DNA of 64,000 nt, taken from positions 10,996-74,995 of the forward strand of contig JAFZUT010000023.1 in the NCBI GenBank assembly GCA_017618175.1, written 5' to 3'. Each line of letters opens with the position of its first letter. The stretch's first letter is position 1. The notes beneath the pieces were generated by a model. It did not search any database. It had not been told where the DNA came from and saw nothing but the letters and a program-made list of their open reading frames with translations. Source of the stretch: Alphaproteobacteria bacterium (GTDB lineage: Bacteria > Pseudomonadota > Alphaproteobacteria > Rs-D84). Made by a program: the position numbers and the translations under genes. Below are positions 5,785-15,303 of the stretch, in pieces.

Positions 5785-7518
5785 ATGTCTTATCCAATTG
5801 AATTGATTCGTCACTCGTTGGCGCACGTTATGGCCGCCGCGGTGAAAAAATTACACCCCGATGTTAAATTCGCGGGTGGTCCGGCAATTGAAAACGGGTT
5901 CTATTATGACTTTGATACAGATTATCGCTTTTCCGAAGAAGATTTCGAAAAGATAGAAAAGGAAATGCGCGATCTGATTAAATCAAACGGCCGTTTCGAA
6001 CAGAAAATTGTCGATTTAGATGAAGCAAAGAAAATCTTTACCGACCAACCATATAAAATGGAATGGTTGAACGAATATGATGCGGCGGGCGAAAAGTTGT
6101 CGATTTATACTTTCCGCGACTTTACCGATTTGTGCCGTGGTCCACATGTGGAAAGTTCCAAAGATTTGCCACGCGATGGGTTCAAAATTCGCAGTGTTGC
6201 CGGTGCATACTGGAAAGGGGACGCAAAAAACAAAATGTTGCAACGTATCTATGTCGATGCATTTGAAAACAAAGAGGCATTAGATGCCCACCTTAAAATG
6301 ATGGAAGAGGCCGCCGCGCGCGACAACCGCAAACTGGGCAAAGACATGGATTTGTTCCATTTCGAACCGGAATATGCGCCGGGTGCGGTATTTTGGCATG
6401 ACAAAGGTTTCAAAATTTATCGCCGTTTGATTGAATACATTCGTGCACGTCAAGAACGGGCGGGGTATCTGGAGATTTCTACGCCGTCTGTTATGGACCG
6501 GTGTTTGTGGGAACGTTCGGGACATTGGGCAAAATATGGTGCGCATAATTATTCCGGTAAAACCCAGGACGGAAAAGTGTTCTGTGTGAAGCCTATGTCT
6601 TGCCCGGGGGGGATGTTGGTATTCGGCCAGGGTATTAAATCTTATAAAGACTTGCCGTTATATTTGGCAGAATTTGGCAAGGTCAATCGGTACGAGGCCG
6701 CAGGTGCCTTGGCCGGTTTGATGCGTGTTCGCGAATTTACCCAAGATGATGCGCATATATTCTGTACCGAAGAACAATTGGAAGGCGAAGTTGTAAAAAT
6801 CTTGCGCTTTATCAAAGATATTTATAACAAATTCGGGTTTGAAAAAATTACTATGAAATTGGCAACGCGTCCGTTGTCAGAATTTCGTATTGGGTCTGAT
6901 GAGGTTTGGGACAAGGCCGAAGGCGCATTAAAGCATGCGTTGGATGCAAACGGTATTGAATACGAAATTGCAGAAAATGATGCCGCGTTCTATGGACCAA
7001 AAATTGATAATTACCTGAAAGATTCTATGGGGCGTGTATGGCAATGCGGTACGGTTCAATTGGATATGAATTTGCCGGAACGATTCGATTTGTCCTATAT
7101 CGGCGAAGATGGCGAAAAACATCGCCCAATTATGTTGCATCGTGCAATGTTGGGTTCAATTGAACGTTTTATGGGGATCCTGTTGGAATCGACCGGTGGT
7201 AATTTACCACTGTGGTTGTCACCGGAACCGGTTGTCGTTGTGCCGATTTCCGAAAAATATCGCGAATATGCAGAATCGGTTGTCGCCGATTTGCGTGCGG
7301 CGGGTGTTTATACCCGTGCCGATTTGCGTGACGAAAAGGTCAATTATAAAGTGCGCGAATTGTCACTTGCAAAAACCCCGATTATTGCGGTTGTTGGTGA
7401 AAAAGAAGCGAATGACAAAACCGTCACACTGCGCAAATTGGGCGTTGAAAAGCAGGAAGTTGTCGCATTGGCAGATTTCGTTGAACAAATGCGTGATGCG
7501 GTTAAATTGCCTATGTAA
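5785..7518 (+). CDS. thrS: Threonyl-tRNA synthetase (starts at the editing domain; no N-terminal TGS domain)
   Basis: 577 aa. IRHSLAHVMAAAV...NGFYYDF, class II motifs (FRDFTDLCRGPH, RVREFTQDDAHIF, GPKID) and an anticodon-binding C-terminus. Confidence 0.93.
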   Translation: MSYPIELIRHSLAHVMAAAVKKLHPDVKFAGGPAIENGFYYDFDTDYRFSEEDFEKIEKEMRDLIKSNGRFEQKIVDLDEAKKIFTDQPYKMEWLNEYDAAGEKLSIYTFRDFTDLCRGPHVESSKDLPRDGFKIRSVAGAYWKGDAKNKMLQRIYVDAFENKEALDAHLKMMEEAAARDNRKLGKDMDLFHFEPEYAPGAVFWHDKGFKIYRRLIEYIRARQERAGYLEISTPSVMDRCLWERSGHWAKYGAHNYSGKTQDGKVFCVKPMSCPGGMLVFGQGIKSYKDLPLYLAEFGKVNRYEAAGALAGLMRVREFTQDDAHIFCTEEQLEGEVVKILRFIKDIYNKFGFEKITMKLATRPLSEFRIGSDEVWDKAEGALKHALDANGIEYEIAENDAAFYGPKIDNYLKDSMGRVWQCGTVQLDMNLPERFDLSYIGEDGEKHRPIMLHRAMLGSIERFMGILLESTGGNLPLWLSPEPVVVVPISEKYREYAESVVADLRAAGVYTRADLRDEKVNYKVRELSLAKTPIIAVVGEKEANDKTVTLRKLGVEKQEVVALADFVEQMRDAVKLPM

Positions 7519-7524
7519 TTACGA

Positions 7525-7598
7525 CGTCATCCCGGCGTAGGCCGGGATCTGGACGTTACGGTTGAAACTATGAGTTCCCGACTTTCGTCGGGATGACG
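7525..7598. repeat. GC-rich hairpin element with terminal inverted repeats CGTCATCCCG...CGGGATGACG
   Basis: Its first 25 nt are identical to the start of 55904-56019. Internal hairpins CCCGGC-gtag-GCCGGG and TCCCGAC-tttc-GTCGGGA. Confidence 0.7.
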
Positions 7599-7617
7599 AG
7601 GGTAAAAAGGGGAAAAT

Positions 7618-7761
7618 ATGAAAAAAATATTTTTGATTTTGGTTATGTTGGCACCAGTGGTGTTGGCGGCGTGTTCGGGGACATGCGAAACCGAACCAAT
7701 TGTGGAAGAAAATCATAAATTGATTGTTCCACCAAACTTTGGTGCGCGACCCACAAAATAA
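7618..7761 (+). CDS. Small lipoprotein (47 aa)
   Basis: GGGGAAAAT precedes the ATG. MKKIFLILVMLAPVVLAAC lipobox signal. Below the ORF-track size cut-off; I translated it by hand. Confidence 0.5.
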   Translation: MKKIFLILVMLAPVVLAACSGTCETEPIVEENHKLIVPPNFGARPTK

Positions 7762-7818
7762 TTTTGTGATATCACATTTTTATGGTATAATATATGTGTT
7801 AATAAGGGAGAGACCATA

Positions 7819-8634
7819 ATGAATGATGACAATTTGGACCTGTTAGATTTGGACGATACCGATACGCCGGTTGACGATAATTTGCCGGATGCAACGCCGT
7901 TCGCGGCGCCGCGCCCGCATCGTCCGTGGTTGTTGTTGGTAATTGGATTGGCAATAATTATTTTGGCGGTGTTTATTATCATCCGCGTGGTGGGCAGTAA
8001 TTCATCTTCGTCTATTGATGTTGATTTGGGCGCGCCCATTGTGGTCGAAGAACGCACCGCAGATGTTCGGCCCGAACCGGGTGTGATGCCACCGGCACCA
8101 ATGCCGCAACCGGGTCAGGCATCTCAGCCCGCACCGGCACCAATGATGATTGTGCCTGTGGCGAATCCTGCGCCGGGGGCTGCGCCTGTACCTGGACCAG
8201 TTGCGCAACCGCAACCAATGCCACAACCGAATCAGAATGTCCGTGTTATTGAAGACCGCAAAGATGTGACATTTGATCCGTCACGTGCCGCGGCAACGCC
8301 TAAACCGATTCCGGCACCGGCGCCCAAGACGGCCAAGACACCGACTAAACCAAAGCCGGCACCAAAACCGGCCGCACAAAAGGTTGCAAATGGTGGTTGG
8401 TATGTTCAGTTTGGTTCGTACAGTACAAGGGCCGCCGCCGAAGCGTCCGAGAAAAAGATTCGTGCCGCGCACCCAAGTCTGTTCAGTGGCAAACAGTTCG
8501 TAATTCTGGCGGCCGTTTTGCCAAGTGGTCAAACAACATACAGATTGCGTGTGGCGTTTGCAAATTCAAACGATGCAAATGGTTTCTGTCGTAACGCAAA
8601 ATCCGATGGTTTGGATTGTTACGTCGCAAAATAG
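7819..8634 (+). CDS. SPOR-domain cell-division protein (TM anchor, Pro-rich linker, C-terminal SPOR)
   Basis: TM segment WLLLVIGLAIIILAVFIII, a long P/A/Q-rich linker, and C-terminal GGWYVQFGSYSTRAAAEA...YRLRVAF. Confidence 0.8.
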   Translation: MNDDNLDLLDLDDTDTPVDDNLPDATPFAAPRPHRPWLLLVIGLAIIILAVFIIIRVVGSNSSSSIDVDLGAPIVVEERTADVRPEPGVMPPAPMPQPGQASQPAPAPMMIVPVANPAPGAAPVPGPVAQPQPMPQPNQNVRVIEDRKDVTFDPSRAAATPKPIPAPAPKTAKTPTKPKPAPKPAAQKVANGGWYVQFGSYSTRAAAEASEKKIRAAHPSLFSGKQFVILAAVLPSGQTTYRLRVAFANSNDANGFCRNAKSDGLDCYVAK

Positions 8635-8647
8635 CAAGGAGATAAAA

Positions 8648-8896
8648 ATGTTTGGAAGATTAGGTTGGATGGAAATAATTGTTATCGTTTTATTGTTGGT
8701 GATTTTGTTTGGTCATGCCAAGATTCCAACAATGATGAAAAATTTGGCCGGTGGTATCAAAACCTTTAAGAAAGAGATGAAGGACGATGATGCCAAAAAA
8801 GTTGAATCAAAAAAAGAACCGGTAAAGAAAACGCCCGTAAAAAAGGCGGTGGCGAAAAAGCCTGCGACAAAAAAACGGGTGGTTAAAAAGAAATAA
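8648..8896 (+). CDS. tatA: Twin-arginine translocase subunit TatA/E
   Basis: AAGGAG RBS. MFGRLGWMEIIVIVLLLVILFG followed by an amphipathic, Lys-rich tail. The ORF-track start at 8525 is rejected. Confidence 0.85.
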   Translation: MFGRLGWMEIIVIVLLLVILFGHAKIPTMMKNLAGGIKTFKKEMKDDDAKKVESKKEPVKKTPVKKAVAKKPATKKRVVKKK

Positions 8897-8926
8897 AAAA
8901 TGGCGGTTTTTACCGCCGTTTTTTTA
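8896..8926. terminator. Bidirectional intrinsic terminator between tatA and dksA
   Basis: A-run, GGCGGT-tttt-ACCGCC hairpin, T-run. Confidence 0.75.
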
Positions 8927-8934
8927 TGTGTTTT

Positions 8935-9363
8935 TTATCTGCGTTTTTCGTGTTCTTCTTGTTCTTCAATTGTCATTGTGGCCAATGGGCGCGCCAACAT
9001 ACGCGAAAGGCCGATCTCATCGCCGGAAATAACACTGTATCCAAATGTACCGTTTTCAATTCGTTCCAATGCACCGTTTATTTTTGCCAACAATTTATTG
9101 TCACGTTCCGCCATACGCAATGTCATGGTGTTTTCTTGTTCGGCCACGGCGATATCAGAATCGTCACCGGTAATGTTGGCATTGGTTTTGTTCACATTAC
9201 TGATAGAATTTAATGCCGATGCATTTTGTTGCAAGATTTCTTCTTTTTGGGCGTTTAATAATTGATAGAAATACGCCAAATGTTCCGGGCACATATACGG
9301 CTCTGATTTTTTTGGTGTATATTTCGGTGCAAGTTTGATGTTTTTATAGTTTTGTTTTGCCAT
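8935..9363 (-). CDS. dksA: RNA polymerase-binding factor DksA (Cys-less zinc-finger variant)
   Basis: 142 aa with a coiled-coil region and C-terminal FGYSVISGDEIGLSRMLARPLATMTIEEQ. This aligns to the DksA C4 region with the cysteines replaced. Confidence 0.8.
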   Translation of the reverse strand: MAKQNYKNIKLAPKYTPKKSEPYMCPEHLAYFYQLLNAQKEEILQQNASALNSISNVNKTNANITGDDSDIAVAEQENTMTLRMAERDNKLLAKINGALERIENGTFGYSVISGDEIGLSRMLARPLATMTIEEQEEHEKRR

Positions 9364-9367
9364 TTTT

Positions 9368-9682
9368 TTAACCTTTTAATTCATTAATCCAATCAGTCAA
9401 AGTTTCTTCGTCCATCAAACCACTACGTGCCTCAATCAATTCGCCGTTTTTGAACGCCAAAACACTTGGAATTCCACGAATACCGAATTTCGCCGGCGTG
9501 CGGCGACCTTCTTCGACGTTGAATTTCACAAAGTTAACATCACGGATGTTTTCAGATGCGGATTCAAATATGGGACCAAACATACGACACGGACCGCACC
9601 ACGGTGCCCAAAAATCAACAAGGGTCAACGCGCCACCCGTCATTTCGGTAAAGTTGTCATCGTTTGCGTGCTGTATTGCCAT
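9368..9682 (-). CDS. trxA: Thioredoxin
   Basis: 104 aa from ATG 9682 (AAGGAGAAAAAT RBS). WAPWCGPC active site. Confidence 0.92.
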   Translation of the reverse strand: MAIQHANDDNFTEMTGGALTLVDFWAPWCGPCRMFGPIFESASENIRDVNFVKFNVEEGRRTPAKFGIRGIPSVLAFKNGELIEARSGLMDEETLTDWINELKG

Positions 9683-9755
9683 ATTTTTCTCCTTTGCTGT
9701 TGATATTTTGAACAAGTGTATTATAATCGCTGAAAAAAGCAAGAGAAAACGTAAA

Positions 9756-10871
9756 ATGAATAAAATCATATACTTAGATGCCGCCGCAAGCGCATTAAAA
9801 CCCGAATCTGTGATAAAGACCCAGACGGCGTTTTTGCGTGATTCCTATGCCAACGCGGGCCGGGGCGTGTGCGCGCGTGCGGTGGTGGTCGATGATATGG
9901 TGGCAAATGCGCGCAATCGGGTGGCAAAGTTTATAGGTGCCAAACCAAATCAAATTGTTTTTACATCAAATGCAACGGACGGATTGAATCGCATTGTAAA
10001 TATTATTGCGCGCCAGGCGGGTTACGACGAACGTTCAACTTTCGCGGTGTCTGATTTAGACCATCATTCGGCGAGGCTGCCGTGGCAAGAATTGATGTAT
10101 GCGGGTAAAATTCGCAAGATGAAAATTTGCGAATTGGATGAAAATTTTGATATCAATCCAAATTCAATTCCAAAAACAGATTTCTTGGTTATAACCGCAA
10201 TGTCTAATGTTTTGGGGCGGGCGCAAGACGTGAAAAAAATAATTGCGGCGGCGCGCAAAAAAAATCCAAATGTGGTCACAATTGTTGATGCATCACAATA
10301 TGTCGTTCATAAAAAAATAGATGTGAAAAAATGGGATACGGATTTCTTGGTGTTTTCGGGACACAAGATCGGTGCGGATACAGGCGTTGGAATTTTATAT
10401 ATTCGTGATAGCGATAAATATTTTCCGGATAAATTCGGTGGCGGAATGGTATTAAAAGTTTTTGATACAAAATTGGTTTTGAACGCTTCGCCCGGAAAAT
10501 GGGAGGCCGGCACATTGCCACTTACCCAAATTGCGGGATTGGTTCCGGCAATTGACTATTTGGAAAAATATCGACCAAATCAAGAATTGATAAAATATGC
10601 ATATGACGAATTATCAAAAGTTCCGCGTGTAAAAATTTTGACCACACGTGATGCGACAATTTTAAGTTTTGTTGTTGATGGAATGCATCCGTTGGATGTT
10701 GGTGCGTTGTTGGGCGCGAATGATATTTGTGTGCGTGCGGGGAATATGTGCGCATCTTGGATTCATCGTGCCATGGGAATTGATGGTTCGATTCGGTTGT
10801 CCATTGGTTCTTGGAACACGGTGGCGGATATTAAAAAGTTTATATCGGTGATGAAAAAGATTGTGAAATAA
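9756..10871 (+). CDS. sufS: Cysteine desulfurase (class V aminotransferase, SufS/Csd type)
   Basis: Starts MNKIIYLDAAAS. PLP-lysine context SGHKIG. Followed by sufT- and sufE-like genes. The ORF-track start at 9450 is antisense to trxA and is rejected. Confidence 0.85.
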   Translation: MNKIIYLDAAASALKPESVIKTQTAFLRDSYANAGRGVCARAVVVDDMVANARNRVAKFIGAKPNQIVFTSNATDGLNRIVNIIARQAGYDERSTFAVSDLDHHSARLPWQELMYAGKIRKMKICELDENFDINPNSIPKTDFLVITAMSNVLGRAQDVKKIIAAARKKNPNVVTIVDASQYVVHKKIDVKKWDTDFLVFSGHKIGADTGVGILYIRDSDKYFPDKFGGGMVLKVFDTKLVLNASPGKWEAGTLPLTQIAGLVPAIDYLEKYRPNQELIKYAYDELSKVPRVKILTTRDATILSFVVDGMHPLDVGALLGANDICVRAGNMCASWIHRAMGIDGSIRLSIGSWNTVADIKKFISVMKKIVK

Positions 10872-10872
10872 A

Positions 10873-11187
10873 ATGGCATTTACACGTGACGATATTATTG
10901 GTGCATTGAAAACCGTCTTTGACCCGGAAATTCCCGTGAACATTTGGGATATGGGTTTGGTGTACGATATTATTATATCGCCCGATTCGGTCGTGATAAA
11001 AATGACTTTTACCAGTCCCACATGCCCAATGATGGAAGAAATCTTGGTTCAGGTAAAAGATGCGGTTGGCGCGATTGTTGCACCAACACCGGTGCGTGTT
11101 GATTTGGTTTGGAAACCAGCGTGGGATTTGTCGCGGATGAGTGATGGGGCACGATTGGAATTGGATTTAACAAACAGTGGTTGGTAA
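10873..11187 (+). CDS. sufT: DUF59/MIP18-family Fe-S assembly protein (SufT-like)
   Basis: ALKTVFDPEIPVNIWDMGLVYDI ... TSPTCPM motif. Confidence 0.8.
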   Translation: MAFTRDDIIGALKTVFDPEIPVNIWDMGLVYDIIISPDSVVIKMTFTSPTCPMMEEILVQVKDAVGAIVAPTPVRVDLVWKPAWDLSRMSDGARLELDLTNSGW

Positions 11188-11189
11188 AA

Positions 11190-11552
11190 ATGACGTTTGA
11201 TAAAATTAAAAATTTATTAAGTATGACCGATGATGCGGCAACGCGTCTTGAAATTTTGATGGATATTGGACGTGAATTGTCGCCTGTGCCATCCAGGGCG
11301 GATTGTACCGAGATAACCGGATGTGCATCGTTTGTGCAAATTTGTCGTGTGGGGAATAATTTTTATGGCACGGCCGATTCGGCAATTGTGCGCGGAATTG
11401 TTGCAATATTTATATCCATTGTTGATGGCAAAACGCCGGCCCAGATAAAAAAATTGGATTTAGAAAAAATGTTTGCCGATTTGAAAATCAATGTCGGTGC
11501 CGCGCGATTGAACGGTATAAATTCTATGATTCGTTTTTTTAAGAATTTGTGA
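11190..11552 (+). CDS. sufE: SufE-like sulfur acceptor
   Basis: 120 aa with the conserved Cys context ITGCASFVQI. Located downstream of sufS. Confidence 0.75.
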   Translation: MTFDKIKNLLSMTDDAATRLEILMDIGRELSPVPSRADCTEITGCASFVQICRVGNNFYGTADSAIVRGIVAIFISIVDGKTPAQIKKLDLEKMFADLKINVGAARLNGINSMIRFFKNL

Positions 11553-11589
11553 TAAAATAGGATGATAAGAATTTAATCGGAAAAATAAA

Positions 11590-11880
11590 ATGAATGAAGA
11601 CGAAAAAATGTTTCGCATCGGTATAGGGATGCTGGTTGTGATGGTGGTGGTGACGGTCGCGTTGCAGGTGTGTTACCGCGCCCAAAACCGTGAACGCGAA
11701 CGTGTGCGGCGTGAAATCATTCAAACACAGCAAGATATTGCGGTGGCCCAGGCCAAGTTTGCGTCCCTGGTGCGGCCTGAAAGTTTGCGGAATCTGGTGT
11801 CGGGGGCGGTGCCACGCGCCGAAGTAATAAGTTTTCATAAATCTGTTGAAATCGGTGATTTACCCGATAGAATAAAGTGA
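11590..11880 (+). CDS. FtsL-like bitopic cell-division protein
   Basis: 96 aa with a single TM (IGIGMLVVMVVVTVAL) followed by a coiled-coil-like region. Lies immediately upstream of, and overlapping, ftsI. Confidence 0.55.
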   Translation: MNEDEKMFRIGIGMLVVMVVVTVALQVCYRAQNRERERVRREIIQTQQDIAVAQAKFASLVRPESLRNLVSGAVPRAEVISFHKSVEIGDLPDRIK

Positions 11881-13505
11881 TGTTTGAAGTAGGACGGGAT
11901 ATTTTTAAGCGTGGTTTTACCGGCGTTAGTGGAAACGCATTGGGACACAGTCGTCTGCGTTTTGTTTATGGTGTGTTTTTGGTTGCGTTTGTTATTTTTG
12001 CCGGGCGCACTTTGCAATTGGCAATCCAAGGAACAAACCGTGCCCGTCCAATGGGGGCAGATGGCGCATGGGGCGTAAGTCGGGCCGATATAGTTGATCG
12101 CAATGGTGATATATTGGCAAAAAATGTTATGTCCGGGCATATAACATTGCGTCCGCATCAGGTTAAAAATCGTGAAATGGCGGCACAATTGATTCACGAC
12201 GTGTTGCCGTATGAATATTCTGTGAACCAAGTTTTGAAATTGTTGGATTCGGGGCGGCGCTTCATTTACATTAAAAAATATGCATCTGATTCTGCGCGTG
12301 AAAAAATATTGTCTGCCAAGGTTCCCGGGGTTGGGGTTGAATCTGTTCAGGCGCGCCGTTATCCAAAACGCAGGTTATTTTCACATGTTGTCGGGTTTGT
12401 TGGAAATGATGGTCATGGATTGGAAGGCGTAGAACGTACGCATGATGCATATTTGCGTGACAGCAATACTCCGTTGCAGTTATCTTTGGATTCAAGAATA
12501 CAATCTGTTTTTTATGAACAGTTATCTGCCGCAATGCAAAAATATCGTGCAAAAAGTGCGATGGGGATGCTTATGAATTCAAGTACCGGTGAAATGATTG
12601 CGATGGTTTCTTTGCCGGATTTTGACCCAGAAAATCTAAGTTTAGATTCTGCGTCACAACGCAGTTTTATGCCGATGCGCGGTGTGTTTGAAATGGGATC
12701 TATTTTCAAAGTGTTTAATACTGCGATGGCAATGGAAAATGGTATCAAGAAAGAATACTATGTCAAAGAACCGTTCAAGATTCGTGATAAATTTGGTCGG
12801 GTTGCCGCAACCATTCATGATGTTCGCAGTTTCAAGCCGCCACGTCCAAATTTAAGTGTAGAAGAAATAATGTTGCATTCTTGTAATGTTGGCAGTGTGC
12901 AAATTGCATTGGATTTGCCGGACGGAACCCAACAAGAATTCTTTCATCGTATTCATTTAGATTCCCCATTAAATTTGGAATTCGGTAAAACCGAGGCACC
13001 TTTGACACCACGAAAATGGGGGCCGACCGAACGCGCGACTGTGTCGTTTGGACACGGTATTTCGGTGACACCGATGCATTTGTTGTTGGCGGTAAATTCT
13101 ATGACAAATGGTGGAATCTATATTTATCCAACTTTACAAAAACGTAATTTTGGACCATTGCGTGGCGAACGGGTTTTGTCAGACGAAATATCTGCGCGTT
13201 TGCGTGGAATAATGTTGCGGATTGCCGAAGAAACAACCGCGAAACAGGCGCGAATTGCGGGCATACAAATTGGCGGAAAAACCGCAACGGCAGAAAAACG
13301 TGTGAATGGGGCAATCGATAAATTCAAGAATTTGACCGCATTTGTTGGAATCTTTCCGGTTGCTGCACCGCAATATATTATACTGATTGTGTTGGATGAA
13401 CCCAAGGGAACCGAGGATACATATGGTTTGCGAACTGCGGCGTGGAATGCCGTGCCGACCGCGGGAAAAATTTTGGACAGCATACTGCCATTGCTATTTG
13501 AATAA
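11880..13505 (+). CDS. ftsI: Peptidoglycan D,D-transpeptidase FtsI (PBP3)
   Basis: SIFK (SxxK), SCN (SxN) and KTAT (KTG-type) motifs plus an N-terminal TM. An alternative GTG start exists at 11877. Confidence 0.88.
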   Translation: MFEVGRDIFKRGFTGVSGNALGHSRLRFVYGVFLVAFVIFAGRTLQLAIQGTNRARPMGADGAWGVSRADIVDRNGDILAKNVMSGHITLRPHQVKNREMAAQLIHDVLPYEYSVNQVLKLLDSGRRFIYIKKYASDSAREKILSAKVPGVGVESVQARRYPKRRLFSHVVGFVGNDGHGLEGVERTHDAYLRDSNTPLQLSLDSRIQSVFYEQLSAAMQKYRAKSAMGMLMNSSTGEMIAMVSLPDFDPENLSLDSASQRSFMPMRGVFEMGSIFKVFNTAMAMENGIKKEYYVKEPFKIRDKFGRVAATIHDVRSFKPPRPNLSVEEIMLHSCNVGSVQIALDLPDGTQQEFFHRIHLDSPLNLEFGKTEAPLTPRKWGPTERATVSFGHGISVTPMHLLLAVNSMTNGGIYIYPTLQKRNFGPLRGERVLSDEISARLRGIMLRIAEETTAKQARIAGIQIGGKTATAEKRVNGAIDKFKNLTAFVGIFPVAAPQYIILIVLDEPKGTEDTYGLRTAAWNAVPTAGKILDSILPLLFE

Positions 13506-13548
13506 ATTTGTATTATAATTAGCCCGATAATAAAAAAAGAGTAATACG

Positions 13549-15303
13549 TTGAGAAAGATAGTAGAAAAATCCATGCGTGGGCGGGCATGGGTTGTGGCGG
13601 ATGATAATAATTATTCTGGGACAGGCGAAGATGATTTGTTGCGCCACATTTTGTTGCGCCGTGGTATTGCGGATGCCGATGTGGAAAAATTTTTGAATCC
13701 GTCTGTAAAGGAATATATGCCTGATCCATTTGTTTTGCGTGATATGCGCGTTGCGGCGCAAATTATTTCAAATGCGGTTTTGAAAAATGACAAAATTGCA
13801 ATCTATGGCGATTATGATGTTGATGGTGTTACATCTACGGCCATTTTTGTAAAGTACCTAAGGATGGTTGGCGCGGATGTAATTTGGCATTTGCCAACAC
13901 GTGAAGGTGAAGGGTACGGTTTGAATGCCGATGCGGTACGCGCGATTGCGGAAGCGGGTGCGAAATTATTGGTAACGGTCGATTGTGGTATAAGTGGCGG
14001 GGCCGAGGTTGATTTGGCGCATTCTTTGGGTATGCGTGTCGTTGTGACCGACCATCATTCACCGGATAATCAATTGCCAAATGCCGATGCGGTCGTGAAT
14101 CCAAAACGCACGGATGACGAATCGGGGTTGTCATATTTGGCGGGCGTTGGGGTTGCGTTTTTAACATTGGTTGCGGTGAATCGGGAATTGAAAAATTCAG
14201 GGCGCGAAGACTTAATCCAAAAAATACAATCGATAAATTTATTAAATTTTCTGGATTGTGTGGCGTTGGGGACAATATGTGATACGATGGCTTTGGTGGG
14301 TTTAAATCGCGCGTTTGTCGCAACGGGGTTAAAGGTTTTGAACCTGCGCCAGAATTTGGGTTTGCGTGTTTTAATGGATGTGGCGGGGGTTGACAAGATT
14401 TCCGTCTATACGGCGGGATTTGTGATTGGACCGCGCCTTAATGCGGCGGGTCGGTTGGATTCTGCATCACCGGCGTTGGAATTGTTGCTGACCGATAATC
14501 CGTTGATTGCGTACGATTTGGCAAATAAATTGGATGCAATGAATCAAGAAAGAATAAACATACAAAATGCGATAATGATTCAGGCGACCGATATGGCGGA
14601 TAAATTCTGTGCGGATGGTCGGTGCAGTTTGTTCATATGTGGTGATAATTGGCATGGTGGTGTTATGGGAATTATCGCGGGCCGATTAAAAGATAAATAT
14701 AATTTACCGACATGTGTCGCAACACGTATGGATGGCATGATAAACGGTTCGGGGCGTTCCGTTGCCGGTGTGAATTTGGGTGCGATAATTCATGATGCAT
14801 TGGCGCACGGACTTATATGTGAGGGTGGTGGTCATGCGGCTGCTGCTGGATTTTCTTTGCCGGTTGATAAAGAGCATGCATTTTGCGAATTTTTGGAACG
14901 GTCGGTTTTGGACCAATTGAATGGTACTTTGCCCACAACCGATACTGTGGTTGATTTGGAAATGGATGCCGGTGGCGCAACAATGAAATTGGTAAAAAAA
15001 TTGGAACAAATGGAACCATTTGGCCAAGGAAACCCGGAACCGACGCTGGTATTGCGTGGTGCGGTTTTGAATCATACAATGATAATGGGACATGGCGGAT
15101 TGCATTTGCGCGGAGATTTTCGTACGTCCACTGGAACGCGTCTGGATTTTGTAGGGTTTAATCTGGTTGGGACGCCGGTTGGTAATTTTTTACTGGACGA
15201 TGCGAACATAAACACTAAAATAATGGTGTTGGGTCGATTGAAAGAAAATTCTTATAACGGCCGAACAAGTGTACAATTTATATTGGAAGATGTTGCAATA
15301 TGA
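13549..15303 (+). CDS. recJ: Single-stranded-DNA-specific exonuclease RecJ
   Basis: DHH motifs IYGDYDVDGVTS, VTVDCGI, VVTDHH, plus DHHA1 GGGHAAAAG. The start is uncertain (TTG 13549 or ATG 13573). Confidence 0.92.
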   Translation: MRKIVEKSMRGRAWVVADDNNYSGTGEDDLLRHILLRRGIADADVEKFLNPSVKEYMPDPFVLRDMRVAAQIISNAVLKNDKIAIYGDYDVDGVTSTAIFVKYLRMVGADVIWHLPTREGEGYGLNADAVRAIAEAGAKLLVTVDCGISGGAEVDLAHSLGMRVVVTDHHSPDNQLPNADAVVNPKRTDDESGLSYLAGVGVAFLTLVAVNRELKNSGREDLIQKIQSINLLNFLDCVALGTICDTMALVGLNRAFVATGLKVLNLRQNLGLRVLMDVAGVDKISVYTAGFVIGPRLNAAGRLDSASPALELLLTDNPLIAYDLANKLDAMNQERINIQNAIMIQATDMADKFCADGRCSLFICGDNWHGGVMGIIAGRLKDKYNLPTCVATRMDGMINGSGRSVAGVNLGAIIHDALAHGLICEGGGHAAAAGFSLPVDKEHAFCEFLERSVLDQLNGTLPTTDTVVDLEMDAGGATMKLVKKLEQMEPFGQGNPEPTLVLRGAVLNHTMIMGHGGLHLRGDFRTSTGTRLDFVGFNLVGTPVGNFLLDDANINTKIMVLGRLKENSYNGRTSVQFILEDVAI

